Shown piece after piece: positions 1 to 15,908 of a stretch of DNA of 64,000 nt (its first letter is position 1; each line of letters opens with the position of its first letter). The notes below the pieces were generated by a model. That model was not told where the DNA came from and searched no databases. It was given only the letters and a program-made list of their open reading frames with translations. This stretch comes from the human T2T-CHM13v2.0 reference genome, Homo sapiens, in NCBI RefSeq assembly GCF_009914755.1, contig NC_060937.1; one strand, given 5' to 3'. The position numbers and the translations under genes were made by a program.

Positions 1-2762
1 TGTGAACTGCCCAAACCTCTTAGCTTACAGGCATTTTTACATAATATCAAACATCTAAAGAAAACATTTAAAAAAAAGTCAGAAACCTTAGGCATTTATT
101 TATAAAATATTCAAGAGAGCCAAATAATGGTCATTTTGTAAATCAGCCAAAGTAATTTGTTCATTAATTTACCAACTACAATCTCTTCAATTACTTGTGT
201 TGATGAGATTCACATTGTTTCATGATAATGGTCAATGCCAAGCTAAAAAATACCCACCAAACTTAGCAAAACACATTCTCAAGATTTTAAGAAGACTTAG
301 AAAAATGATTGCAATTGGGAATAATTAAATTGCCTCATCTCTTAGAAAAAGTTTTGTCTTATAGGAAAAACTGAAATCGGCTTTATGTATCCTTTCTGAA
401 ATTAACTCAAATACTGATATCTCCAAAATTAGATTTGAAGGATTAAGAGACAGAAATGTGATAAATCAGCTTATCTTATAAGGCTGTTGGTGGTAACATT
501 ACAAAGTAAACAATAGAAACATTTGCTCTGTTGTAAACATAATATTGAAGAAATCAGTAACTTTTGCATATTTTTATTAATATTAAATTTTCTCTATAGT
601 CTGAGAAAAAAGAATTTTATCTATATTCATTTTTTGGCTCTAAATACAAACTGTTTTTAATTAGTGTAAAAACTAAGAACTGTGCTAATTAGTCAAATAA
701 GAATAGGGATAAAGGAAAATACATTTGTTCCATAAATTACTTTTAAAATGAGACTTCAATTAAATCAGCTACTCTGGCAGAAAAATTATAGACATATTTA
801 ATAAAGCCTTTTCATAGGAAATTTCACCCCAGGAAAAACTCTTCTAAAATAATTTTACATATCATTCTTAAGGCTGACCTTAAATATCATCTAATATGAT
901 TTAAAATACCACAATTTCAACCTGTCTTTCTTTACTTCTTCATCTGGTACTCTTTCCAGAACTATTTAAAAAAATAAATAGATGATTGTATTATACATTA
1001 TTTTGAAAATTGAGACATGTATTGCAAAATTAGAAAATAAAAAAACAAGGGAAATTTGAGATTAGTACAGAAAAATATGCCGTAATTTGCTTTTCTTTTG
1101 TTTTACTCTTGCTTGAATTAAGCTGCAAATTTGGGTGTGTTCTGTATAGCAGCTAATGCAAAGAAGGGAAATAAGATAAATTAAACAATTTACTGTGGTC
1201 AGACAATAAAAACAAACTTGTTCTATCACGCTGGAATCATTGAATAAATAAGGCTCAGAAATATGTGACAATTTTGGATTGGATAATTCATCTGGTTCAG
1301 CAAGAGGCATCAAAGTTAAAGATATTCTTTTTGTCAAAACTTGTTTTCACTGACTTTGGTGGTTGTGTTTTGACTTGAGCTTTCCTTAAGCAGTGATAAG
1401 AGCTACCATTGAATCAGTGAAAGTTAAAGAGATTAAGGCTATAAATTAATTCTCAATTTATTAGCCTTTTCACTATAGATTGAGAAAATATCTGTCTGAG
1501 ATACCAGCAATTTTGGATTAATATCAAGTGGACCAGTTGAAATGTCTATATTGCAAATGTGGCGCTGAATTAGTAAGATAGTCTTTGGACTTTGTAAGGA
1601 TCCAAGTCTTGCTAATTTTTCAGTCGTTGAACAGTCTGACTCTGAACCCCATCCTTTATTTCTGTCAAGTTTTTTTTTTCTTCTTATCAAGTTTTGAATG
1701 GAATCTAAGGCAAAGAAGAAATTGCTTCCCATATTAATTAGCTATCAAACATTAACAGATAGACTTTTGTATAGTTGTGGATTTCAGAAACAAAGATGGT
1801 GGTTTCAACTGGTTTAGGGCTATATTTTATCAGTGAATGTTTTCTAAGGTCTTTGTGGTATAAACCCTCATTTCGTTTTGCAAAAATCACGACTAGGTGA
1901 CTAGTGTATGACTATGTATCTATTGTCTATTTCTCCCAAAGTAGAAGAAGATACTTTTTTTTGTGATAAGAATTACATGTGTTCATAAAATTCTGTTTCC
2001 CTATCACCTAAAAATTTCCCTGGCATGCCATACTTTTAATAAAAAATATTGATAAGTAGACTTTTATTTAGTTATGTGTATATTTATCTTGCCATGCTGT
2101 TTTAAGTGGTCCATGTAAACCTTTTTCCACAGGCTGACAGACTAATTCTCATATTCTTGGGTTCAAATGCTGCTACATCCTTTAATAGTTTTGAGCTCAC
2201 CATCTAAAACAATCTAAACAACTTGGAGTGGCAACATGTAAAACAATCTGACAAATATGCTTCTTATGTTCTCACTCATGAGTAACACATAACTTTCCCA
2301 TACCATCTATAATTTTGTTTCAGACTTTTAAAATACGAATATGCTCTTCTGCCTGTCATCAAATTCTTCTCAAAATTATCTCATTTATATTAGATAGGAA
2401 CTTCCATCTTAAACATGTATACACTGAAATCATCAGTTTTATTGAAGGTTAGATGAGGTTAAAAGTAGTTGCATGGATATTGGAATGTTCTATAATTTTG
2501 ACACTTACAGGTAAGGCTTCTTTTTTTTAACTTAGGAAATTGTACAATGTGAGTAACCAGCCCTAGCATTTAATTTTCTAGTTTAAAAATGATACAGAAT
2601 TTTTGGGTATTATGGATTTTCATGTTAATTTGTACTATTTTAAACTTGCTCTCAGTGTTCAGTTTCAAAATTAATACTTAACTCTTCTAAAAAATTCCGT
2701 AGTCTAGCAAGGGGTTGTAATAAACTGACAATATATTTTATAACAAATAAATAAATAGTCAA

Positions 2763-3078
2763 GGCTGGCCACATTGACTCATACCTATAATCTCAGCACT
2801 TTGGGAGGCCAAGGAAGGGAGATGGCCTGAGCCCAGAAATTTGGGTTCAGCCTCGGGAATATGGTGAAACTCCATCTCTAAAAAAAATACAAAAATGAGC
2901 TAGGAGTGGTGGTGCACACCTGTTGTTCCAGCTACTTGGGAGGCCGAGAGGTGGTAGTATTACTTGAGCCCGGGATATCAAGGCTGCAATAAGTTGTAAT
3001 AGCATGACTGCACTCCAGCCTGGGCAACAGGGCAAGACCCTGTCTTAAACACATAACAAAACAAACAAATAAACAAAA
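2763..3078 (+). mobile_element. Alu, AluJ-type, full-length, diverged
   Basis: Dimeric Alu: ggctggcc...tctcagcactttgggaggcc, A-rich linker, J-type motifs (ttgagccc, aggctgca), decayed (aaac)n tail. Confidence 0.92.
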
Positions 3079-3136
3079 GCAGGTGAATGCTGGCTACCTG
3101 GTCTAGTCCAAGACCCTCTAATAGATATAGATTTCT

Positions 3137-5803
<2,667 letters not shown>

Positions 5804-5879
5804 TGATGCCCCATTGTTTGTATAAAATGTGGATCCTCACAGAGGAACATATTAAAGTAGACTTCAGTCTACTTTAAGA

Positions 5880-7150
5880 TAAATTAAAGATCTAAATTAG
5901 AAAGTTAAAACTATGAGGGTAAGAGAATTGTGGTATAGAAGAACATCTTTTTAAAGAAAGCTACATCATAGTAAATTGGCATATTTAATACATTAAAATA
6001 AAAACAATTCAGTTAAAAGGACAATACCTGGAACAAATATAACAAAGATGACCTGTTGGAAACAATATGCAAAATGTCTAATAATGTTAGAAGGTTAAAA
6101 TCAAGAAAACACAAGAGAGTCCTACAAACCAACAGCTTATTCAATAAGTAAACTAAAGGTGTCATCAAGTAACTTGAGAAGAAATCCAATTCACTGCATA
6201 AATATGAAGAGCTGTTTTATAATTAGAAATATGTATTTTGACTGGGCATAGTGGCTCATGCCTGTAATCCCAGCATTTTGGAAGGCTGAGGCAGAAGGAT
6301 CTCTTGAGCCTTGGGGTTCAAGACCAGCTTGGGCGACATAGGAAGACCTCATCTCTACAAAAACAAAAACAGAAGCAAAAACAAAAACAAAAACAAAGCC
6401 AGGCATGGTGGCGCACACCTGTGGTCCCAGCTACTTGGGAGGCTGAGGTGGGAGAATTGCTTGAGCTGGGGAGTTCAAGGCTGCAGTGATCTGTGATCAC
6501 GCCACTGTTCCAGGTTGGGCAACAGGGCAAGACACTGTCTAAAACAAAACAAAACAAGAGAGAATATATATATTTTAAGACAGTTTAGCAAATTATAAAA
6601 CTGGATAATAATTAGTGTTATAGATATGAGCCCAATGTACTATTCATGTGAATATAGACTGCTCCAGGCATTCTGAAGAGCAAGGCTTATTCAAATTGAT
6701 AAAGCTCTAACCATAAGAACCAGCCCACCCCACTCTTGGATATGAACCACAGAGAAATTTTCATAGTGCTCCATAAGAGGTTATATTTATGAACATTTAT
6801 TACAGATGGGTGTGTGAGTATGTGTGTGATTGCAGGGAGTAGGAGATAATAATTATATCCAATACTGTCAAATATAAAACCCAAATGTGAAGGATGGTTT
6901 TGCAGGGAATGAAATGATGAAACGTACACATAGCAACAGGAATATAGTGTTAAAAATAATATAGTTAGAAACATTTAAAATATGTACACAGAAAACTACA
7001 TTACATTTTCTAAATGAAAACATAAGAGTAAAATAACACACATCAAACACATTTTAAATTGTTGTCTATGGCATAGAAACAGAGCTGGGGGTGAGAAATG
7101 GGAGTGAAATAAAACATGACGGGAACAAAGAGTATCAGTAGCATCAGTAG
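5880..7150 (+). mobile_element. Old L1M (L1ME-like) 3' remnant, interrupted by an Alu
   Basis: Degenerate ORF2-3' and 3'UTR motifs (acattaaaataaaaac, cctacaaaccaac, ccactcttggatatgaaccacagagaaatt). Boundaries approximate. Confidence 0.55.
6240..6557 (+). mobile_element. Alu, AluJ-type, full-length
   Basis: Dimeric Alu with the linker expanded to (aaaaac)n, J-type gagttcaaggctgcagtga, (aaaac)n tail, degenerate TSD agaaatatgtattt / agaatatatatattt. Confidence 0.93.
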
Positions 7151-8670
7151 CATAAACATATGATTGTATGCAGATGCCCAAGGTCTAAAAATAGCATGTT
7201 TAAGATAAACTTTAAAAGGAAAGTAGATGATGATGGATGGTGATGAGAAGCACTCATTGGGAGTTGCTGACGGGCTTAAGTTAACAGTTATGGAAATCAT
7301 ATAACATAATTCTGTAATTGCTGGTAGTTTAGGGTATGCCATCTTGGTTCTAGGGTTATGCTACACAGAAAAATCCTGAATTGCAAAAGTAGATTCTTCA
7401 CTTCTTCAATGGAATTAGGAAAAAAAAGAAAGCTTCATATGAATTCCAAAACACAAATTTATTCTTTTAGTTCTTTGCTAACTGTATTATTGCACTTGGT
7501 ATAAAATGCTTTCTTTAAGAGAATGTAAAAGCTGTTTGGATTCAGTGACATTTTAATGCTAAGCAGTGAAAGCTCTTCTAAAGCAGCACATTAAAAAGCT
7601 ACAACTGGGGGAAGTTAGCTTCTAATTAATGAGCTTTAAGACAGAGGGAAAAAATCAGCTACATAAAGACATACTTAAGCTTACAGCCCTCAGAGAGAAA
7701 ACAATCCTCATTAGTGACTAAAGCATTGAGGTTTGGAGTCAAAACAGCTTATCAACCAAAGATAATCTAAATATGAAAACATATTGCTTTGATTGCAATT
7801 ACTACCTAGGTTTTAATAATTAATCTCTCAGAAATATGCTTTGTGTACTTGCATATGTGAAAGAAAAAAAAGCAAGGAGGAATGTCAGTGTTTTAGGACA
7901 AAAAATTATGTAAGCCTCAATTCCTGACCTAATTGTAAAAAACACATGTAAATTTTCAATCTGAGACTCTGGTCTTGGGCCAGGAGATGGGCCCTTCTGC
8001 TATACCATGGTGTCCCTGTGACCCTGGACTAGGTGAACTCACATTGTCGTGCATATTGTAATCAAATGATTTACTGTTTGAAATGATAATGGTACTTTTT
8101 AATATATGAAGGCAAGATTGGGAGAGGTGGGGATTTTACAAACAATGCAAGTAGCTTAGCGTCTCTGTTTTGTCTCTGACAAATATTAATATGTAAATTT
8201 TAATAACTTTAATTGGAATTTCTTGAAGTGGTATATAGAAAACAATAGCACTATTGGTCCCAATTTCTTATGAAGCTGATTGCATTTAAAAAACACACAA
8301 GTAAAGAACACAGTTGAATTTCAGGAGATAAATGTTAACTCCTATAAAGGATAGATTTTTCTGAAGGATTTCCAGTATTGCATGGCTTATATACTGGTTT
8401 TTCATATTGAAAGTCAAAACAGAAGTTGTTTTTTATTCTGTGCTTGGCTTATCAATAAAAAAACTATTAGAAGTCAAGATAAGCATCATCATTCAAAATA
8501 GCTGTGCTGCAATTGTTCTTTTAATTCACACTGAAAGCTACCAAAAGTGTAGAACACTTACTAAGCTCGTTTTTGAACACCTACTTCCAGGTTTTAATTT
8601 TTGGAAGAGAGGGACAGGTTTTTGTATTATTACCAGAGGCTTCTGTTTCTGCATTTCGTTTTCTTACAGA

Positions 8671-9297
8671 TTTATTTTTTAGAATGATTTGTGGTTCATA
8701 GCAAAACTGAATGGAAAGTTAGAGATATTCCATAAACCTCCTTTTCTGCACAGGCATAGCCTCCCCCATGAGAGTGGTACGTGTGTCATAATTTATGAAC
8801 CAGCACTGACGCATCACTATCACCCAGAGTCTGTAGTTTACATTACGGTTCACTCTTGGTGTTGTACATTCTATGGGTTTTGACATATGTGTAATGACTT
8901 GTATCCATCATTTTAGTATCCTACAGGTATTTTCACTACCCTAAAAATCCTGCTTTCCACCTATTCATCCCGCTCTCTCGGCTTAAGCCCTTGGCAACCA
9001 CTGATTCTTTTACTGGATTTCTAGTTTTGACTTTCCCAGAATGTCATATAGTTGCAATTTTACAGTATATAGCTTTTCAAATTGTCCTTACTCACTTAGT
9101 GATATCCATTTATGGTTCCTCCATGTCTTTTTGTGACTTGATAACTCATTTTTTAGCTCAGAATAAAAGGAAATACCTTTGGAGGTACCATGGTTTATTT
9201 ATCCATTCACCTAATAAAGGTCATTTTGTTTGCTTACAAGTATTTGCAATTTTGAATAAAGTTGCTGTAAAATATGTATTTGGAAGATTTTATGTGG
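8671..9297 (-). mobile_element. L1MC1-like 3' end
   Basis: Resembles antisense L1MC 3'UTR: tagtttacattacggttcactcttggtgttgtacattctatgggttttgac, ccagaatgtcatatagttg. Confidence 0.8.
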
Positions 9298-9535
9298 TCT
9301 CTGCATTTCACTTTAATAACTAAATTTTACATGAATCAATTAGAGAATATCCAGTAGGGAAAATTACTAGCCATCAACCTGAAGGTGGAAAGCTAGAGCA
9401 TCAACTTATAGAGAATTCAATTCCTTCTTTTTTTGTATCTCCCTTTATTAAAAAGACTTACTGAAAAGATTGAATCTAATATTACTCAATAAATCCCAAA
9501 CAGAAGTTTTTAAACTTGAATTTATTCTCTGCCAA

Positions 9536-9625
9536 CTTAAACCTCAGCTTCCTCATCTACCAAAAGAGGATGATAATTTTTAGCTTGGGTGCTATGTAGA
9601 GTTGACTGAATTAATATGTTTTTCT
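9536..9625 (+). mobile_element. MIR core fragment
   Basis: cctcagcttcctcatctaccaaaagaggatgataat resembles the MIR core cctcagtttcctcatctgtaaaatggggataat. Confidence 0.55.
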
Positions 9626-11704
9626 AGCATGCTGCCTTCCACAAATTGGTTTCAAAATGGCATTAGTCAAATTTAGTATTATTCACAAGGTATATTCAAA
9701 CAAATTTGATCCAGAGTATAATTTTGAAGCAATTGGATTGATTAAATGTATTTCCTCCAAATAATTGTTATGCATTCTCCCATTTTTTCCTGGATTTCTT
9801 TCTTCAGAAATTACTTCCTGTAATATTTTTAATCTCTAAGCACAAACTGTGTTATCTGAAAAATTGATTAATCCATTCAATAAAATACAATACCTACTTT
9901 AAGGGCATGCCAATTAAACTGTTACCACGATTTTGGGGTTTCTTGTGTTACCTTTCTTTCATGGATCTATATTTATTTGATCTTGAAAATTTAGTATAGA
10001 TGTATTATAAAATAGAAACTGTAGTGTGCACTTATTAATAATGAAAACTAATCCAATTTATGTTAGTAAAATTCCATTCATGCAATCGCAGCTAAATATA
10101 CCAAACCAAATACTTGGTTCTGACTAACTTCTTTCAAATCACATAGACATAATAACATGGAACATTATCTAGGGACTTGAAGTTAGTTGGAGCTCTGTTG
10201 TAAAATACAAATTGAGAAGAAAAACACAAAAATGAAAATTCAGACTATCTAAAATAAGTTTTAGATTTATTATTTAGTAGACTTTTATTCTGTATTATTT
10301 CTTAGAGTGCTGGAATTTTAGCTCTTGATTTATTCATTTCAAATACTGACTGGATATATTACAGTCCAAAATTTTGCTGATTGGACTAATTAATAAGTTA
10401 GCAGATCTATTAAAAATTTTCAAAGGAAAGGTTGTAACTTCTGGCAGTTTAGTTGGGTCTTTAATAGTGAATAAAAGCTTTGAGATAATATGAGGTTTTA
10501 TTTTTTTTTAAGTACAATGATTATACCGAGAAAAAATGGATTATAAAATGTCAAGGGAAATTTAGCCAAATATAACTTGTAGTGATCACAAGTAATAGTG
10601 TGTGCCACTGATACCAGGAAAATATGTTGAAATTACTTCTGTTGCCATGCTGTCACTTCCCATTAAGAATAGATACGCTGAAAAATCATGGTAAATTTTC
10701 AAAAGCAGTGAAACTCCAACAGATAGCTTCTGTTTTGACCTTTTTAATAAGTTGTTTGAGGACAGAAATGAAAATATTAGATTCATTTTTTCAGTCTCTG
10801 CACTGGAAAAAATACATACTCAAATTTTGACAAATTTTGGCTTAAAGTGTTATCGACGTCTGTTTATGAGAAAGCACATTTGGACTTTTAAAATATTTTA
10901 AAATAAATCCATATTATTAAATGCTCCATAAAATATTAGATATATTTTGAAATGTTATTAACAGTATGCTATGAATACATGCACTTTTTCATTATTTAAA
11001 CCAATATTTACATAAAATACTTTATTTTTGTAAATGTGACCTTATAGAGAATTAAAATAGGGTTTTATCAAGGAAGGTCTGCTTGCTTCTCAGAGGTGAT
11101 ACTATAGATTGTAGTGATTTGGTGCTTTCCCCATTTCCAGTGAAAATATCTTATTTTATTCAATAGCTAAATTATTAAATGTCAAGCATTTTGCTTCATT
11201 TAAAAAAGTTATGAAGTGTTATTATGGCATTGACAAGCTGATTAATGCAACAGCAATAGGAAATTGAGAAAGTGGGATTCAAAATAATTAGGTCTGTCTT
11301 CATTGCTGTACCATATTGCTTCTCAATCAGTACTTATTTTGGCTTTGAAATACGTATCATGCTAATTAGTGTAAGTGAGACTGATATAGATATCCTAATA
11401 CAATTGCCAAAATTTAAAAATGAAGATATTTATTTTTCCAACCTAAACAACTACTTTCATCTATTCAAGCGCCATAGCCTTCAGAATTCTACAATAAGAA
11501 GAAATAGAGAGAAAATAGTTGTTAAATATTACCGTTTATTCATGCCATATTATATACCTATCTATATTTGTACATATAAATATATACACATAACATTCAA
11601 TATATTAAAATATATAAAACCATATTGGAAAGAAAGCCTAAATTATCCTTGCATTCCCATTCGAAACACTAATGACTTTTCAAATATTCGGTTTTTAGCT
11701 TTCA

Positions 11705-11876
11705 GTTGTAGAACTCCACTCTTTTACATAGTACCTATTCCGATGAGTACTACATGATCTATGTCTATCTGTAGATATGTAAAGATATAGATCATGTAGT
11801 GGTCTGAAACTGACACAGACGTAGATCATGTAGTAGTCTGAAATTGGCACTATGCAGAAGGGTGGAGTTCTATAAC
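11705..11876. repeat. Imperfect inverted repeat (arms 11705-11766 and 11817-11876) with a tandem copy of part of the arm in the loop
   Basis: Hand alignment of the left-arm reverse complement to the right arm gives 50/60 matches with one 2-nt gap. The tagatcatgt motif recurs at 11788, 11822 and 11895. Confidence 0.9.
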
Positions 11877-11901
11877 CACCATAATCAATTACCATAGATC
11901 A

Positions 11902-13604
11902 TGTGGTAGTTCGGAAAGACAGCCTTTAACTTTTTTTTCTATCTCTATGTACATACCAATTCTCCTAGGAGGTGAATTTGTTTCCACTGAGTTTGAAAGT
12001 GGTTGTTGCTCTAATAAAGACCTAATACATGTGACATTGGCTCTGGCGTCAAGCAGTAAGAAAAGCCTAGGAAGACAAGAAGAAGATTGTTAATGGAAAC
12101 TGTAAATTCAATGAAGCTATTGCTACTGGAGACTGAAGAAAAGTAGGCACATTATATTCTGATGGAAAAACCAGCAGGACAGTTGACTGCATTACATGCA
12201 TAATAGAAAATACACCTGATGAATTTGAGGACTACTAAATATATTTCAAGGCATAATGTTCAAAGTGCCAATTGGTTTATATATGACATGATAAGATATT
12301 ACAAGAGAGATTAATAAAAGGCAGAGCTGTTCAGCTTTAAGCAAAATTTGGAGGAAATATTTCATACCCAAAATTGCTAAGTTGGAAAATGTGTTTTCTT
12401 ATCTTCTACTATTCCTAACAAAAAAATTTTCTCAAAGTGGGAAACAGCCTTATGATAAACATTTAAAGTGCACCTAGTAAAATGTTGATTAATGGTAAAG
12501 ATAAAACTACAAGTTGAGCCTGCAAGTTCCCTATTAAAATATTTGAAATATTTAAGGGGGTCACTTGCAATCTCTTGCAGCTAGACAAAATGGATTCTAA
12601 GAATCTAAATGGCATTGTCCAAAAGCAGCCTTATCTGCCTACAGTAGAGATTTGTCTGTCTCAAAATGAATTATAGACGAGTGTTTTGGGAGAACGAATG
12701 AATCCCAATGTTGTTCATTGAAATCAACAATGTTTTTAAGAGAATTGTATTAGTGAAAGAATCAACAGCTTGGAATAAAAGAGGAAGAGTTAGCTGAAAA
12801 GAAAGGAGGAATCTGGGCCTCCTATCTTTTAAGGGCAGAAATTAGCTGAGAAAGATAGTTGTAAACATAGGCTATGTTTCATTAAAACATTAAGAGTGAA
12901 CTCCAAGAGCAGAAACCAACTCCCAGAAAATAGTGCTAATGGCCATGGAAGTGCATTTCCAGAGAGAAAATGGGGCCTTAATTGAAAACTATTCCCTGCT
13001 TTGGACGTAGAAATCACTAACAATATATGCACAATTGGATTTCAAAACAGGTGTAAACCATTGACTGCTAGGTGCTTCCATTCACCTCTTTATTGGAGTT
13101 TCTGTGATTTTTTTTTCTCATTTCTGCTTCATTATTACATGTTATGTGGTAGGGTAAGGGAGAAAAATAATTTCGTTTTTACACAGATAGTTAGATTTAG
13201 AGAAACTTCAAGTAAGTTATGTTTTTAGCTCTGGAACAAGAGAGCTAAACTGAGAAGCTACAACTGAGTAATTTCCCCTAGGGAGGCGTTTCTGTACCTG
13301 GACCTAATTTGCATGATGCAATTCTTGGCTTTTTGCTAATACTGTTTTTGGATAGATTTGTGACATGAGGGATGTGTATGTTTTGCATATTTCTAGAGTA
13401 GCTCGTTTCAGTCACCAGTTGAATACCACTTGAATACAGTTGAATACAGAATAAGCTCTAACTGACACCAAGTGGAACAGAACTGCCCAGCCCAGCACTG
13501 CTTACATTTCTGACCTACAGAAATATGAGAAATAATAACTCATTGTTGTCCTAAACTACAAACTATTAGAGCTTTTTCAAATGTAGGAATGAATAACTAA
13601 AACA
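11902..13604 (+). mobile_element. Internally deleted MaLR (MLT1-type): partial 5' LTR, internal region, partial 3' LTR
   Basis: Starts tgtggtagtt, ends aataactaaaaca. MLT1 LTR 3' motif (ctgcccagcccag...tttctgacctacagaaatatgagaaataata). MaLR-internal-like sequence between. 5-bp TSD gatca (11897-11901) / gaaca (13605-13609). Confidence 0.75.
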
Positions 13605-14559
13605 GAACAAGAATAAACATTTATCCTTTTCTTAGCATTTGTGATAACCATAAACAGTTCTATAATGATTAGGTATCATAGATATATACTAATCATTGTT
13701 ACAAATTATGAATCAATTAAAAAATGACAGAATTATATTTTAAAGATAAAATAATTGCATTGTAAATAAGTTGGTAAAATTTCCACTTAACATCAGATTT
13801 GGTAACAAATTAGAACAATATATTGGGCCTAAAAAAGATTTTTGCTTGGCATAATTTTTATCCTTTTATTTACATAAAAATACATATATTTCTCAGTTTA
13901 CCTAATATTCTTGGTACAAACAAGTGTTCTGGCCATGAAACAACAATATGGAATGAATGCATGAGGGAGACAAAAGGAAAAATCCCATTGTAGATTTTAG
14001 AATTGCATTAATTTAGTCATGTGCTTATTTAGTCACATGATTAATTATTAGTAGGTATGATAAAGCTGTTCATATAGCTGCAGGCCTCTTTGATTTGTTG
14101 AAATATATATGGCACAGAAAAAATACTTGTCCTATGAAGATGACTTTTATAGTTGCTATGAGTCTATCATAAATATATTAAAAGTTTTGATAATGTAATA
14201 TGGCTATGAAACAAAAATCAATTAAAAGTACAAACAAAATGAGTTTAACCTGTTTCCTTTTATATTACACTCTTTTTTAATTTATCTAATATCAAAACAT
14301 GCAAAGTCATTTATTTTGTGAGACTTAGAAGAGAAATATAATTAGGCTCTAGATGAGTTGCAATTCTTGGGACCAATGACGACTTCAGTTGTATGGGGTA
14401 ATTGATGGGACCATAGAAGTATATATATATAGTAACTCTGGATTTTATTTTATAGCATTACTTATTGAAAATTACCATATTAATATTTGTAAGTGGATAT
14501 AAAATATCTTAAGAAAACAGTGATAAAATAAAGTACTTAAAATGTTCTTTGTTTATATA

Positions 14560-15220
14560 TTAGGCCTATTTGTTGAAAGTGACAAAAAATCCAACTTGAA
14601 CTCATTTACATCAGAAAATAATTGATTGTAAAGTAGAAGCAAAGTTTTCACAGTAATGTTGAATTCAGACATGTATTCAAATCTTGTCAAGACTCCATTT
14701 CCTTTTATGTCTTGATTCTGTCTTCATCTACATTATTTTCACACTCAAGTTTTACATCATGGAAAGTTGCTGTGCGTTAATCTACACCATGAATCAGTGA
14801 GTGAGTGAAACTGGAATGCTTATTAGACTTCTGAAAGAGCTTTTAAAAACAACCCCTACCTAAACCTAGCTCCTTAGATTCTATGTCTGGCGTGGGGCCC
14901 ACACATCCCTATTTTTAAAAGCTCCTTAAGTGTCAGTAACGAAAAGAACTCTTCTCTTCACTCAACAGAGGAACAACAGTCCTGAGTGCAGATCTCATAG
15001 GCCGCTAATGGATCAGTAGGCCACACTTGAACCAGTCTTTTTAGGTCACTCTGCAAGATTTAGGCCAATCAGAGCTCACCAATTAGCTAGTGATTATGGC
15101 AACTACATCCAAACCGTGTACAGGGAGAGAGTTGTGTAGCATTGTACTTAAGGAAAGTTACTGTAATCTTTTGCCAGAAAGATGAAAGATTTCCTGATAG
15201 CAAAAGCGGCAATTATCCAG
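14560..15220 (-). mobile_element. Old MLT1 (K/L-like) LTR remnant interrupted by a MER5A-like fragment (~14795-14940)
   Basis: ttgttgaaagtgacaaaaaatccaacttgaact start. MER5-like gagcttttaaaaac...atttttaaaagctcc internal palindrome. Confidence 0.45.
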
Positions 15221-15644
15221 ATAAAAAAGTGGACACTTCTGAGAGTTATTTTTCGAATTCTTGGGTAGTCATAACAAGGAATTAGAAAGCAAAAATACTG
15301 TAAACATTGCATTTCACTTTAAATTATAAGAAGCTGTTTCTGTTGTGTTATGTAGATTCTAGAGATGTTAAAATATATAAACATAAATATGTATTTTCTA
15401 TGTACTTTGAGCTATTATTAATATTCTTACAATATTTAAGAACTTCCCCCCATTGTGTGAAAGTTATTTTACAACTAAAAATTATGTGTTTTACAGATTC
15501 TTTTTTTCTGAATGAGATTAAAAATTGTGTCAAAATTATTTCCTCCTAAATTCAAGCAATGGGGGAAAGACTCATTGACATGCATATTAGAATGTTATCC
15601 ATTATATATTCTTCATTTCCCTACTTAGAGATCTATGGTATGGA

Positions 15645-15908
15645 TTTTTTTTTTTTTTTGAGGTGGAGTCTTGCTCTATCACCCAGGCTGGAGTGCAGTG
15701 GCATTTCAGCTCACTGCAACCTCCGCCTCCTCCCAGGTTCAAGCAATTCTCCTGTCTCAGCCTCCTGAGTAGCTGGGAAAACAGGTGCCCATCACCACGC
15801 CTGGCTAATTTTTATGTTTTTAGTAGAGGCGAGGTTTCACCATGTTGGCCAGGCTGGCCTCGAACTACTGACCTCAAGTGATCTGCCTGCCTCGGCCTCC
15901 CAAAGTGC
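15645..15908 (-). mobile_element. Alu, AluS (Sz/Sx-like), slightly 5'-truncated
   Basis: PolyT plus antisense Alu ending at cccaaagtgc. Perfect TSD ggtatggatttttt at 15637-15650 and 15909-15922. Confidence 0.95.

Noticed and set aside
11272-11757. 161-aa ORF upstream of the hairpin
   Set aside because: GTG start, AT-driven composition (I/Y/F/K/N-rich), and no recognisable domain.
11788-11915. Three spaced tagatcatgt repeats resembling a CRISPR-like array
   Set aside because: Human context, only three degenerate copies with unequal spacing, and no cas genes. Explained by the local duplication and inversion.
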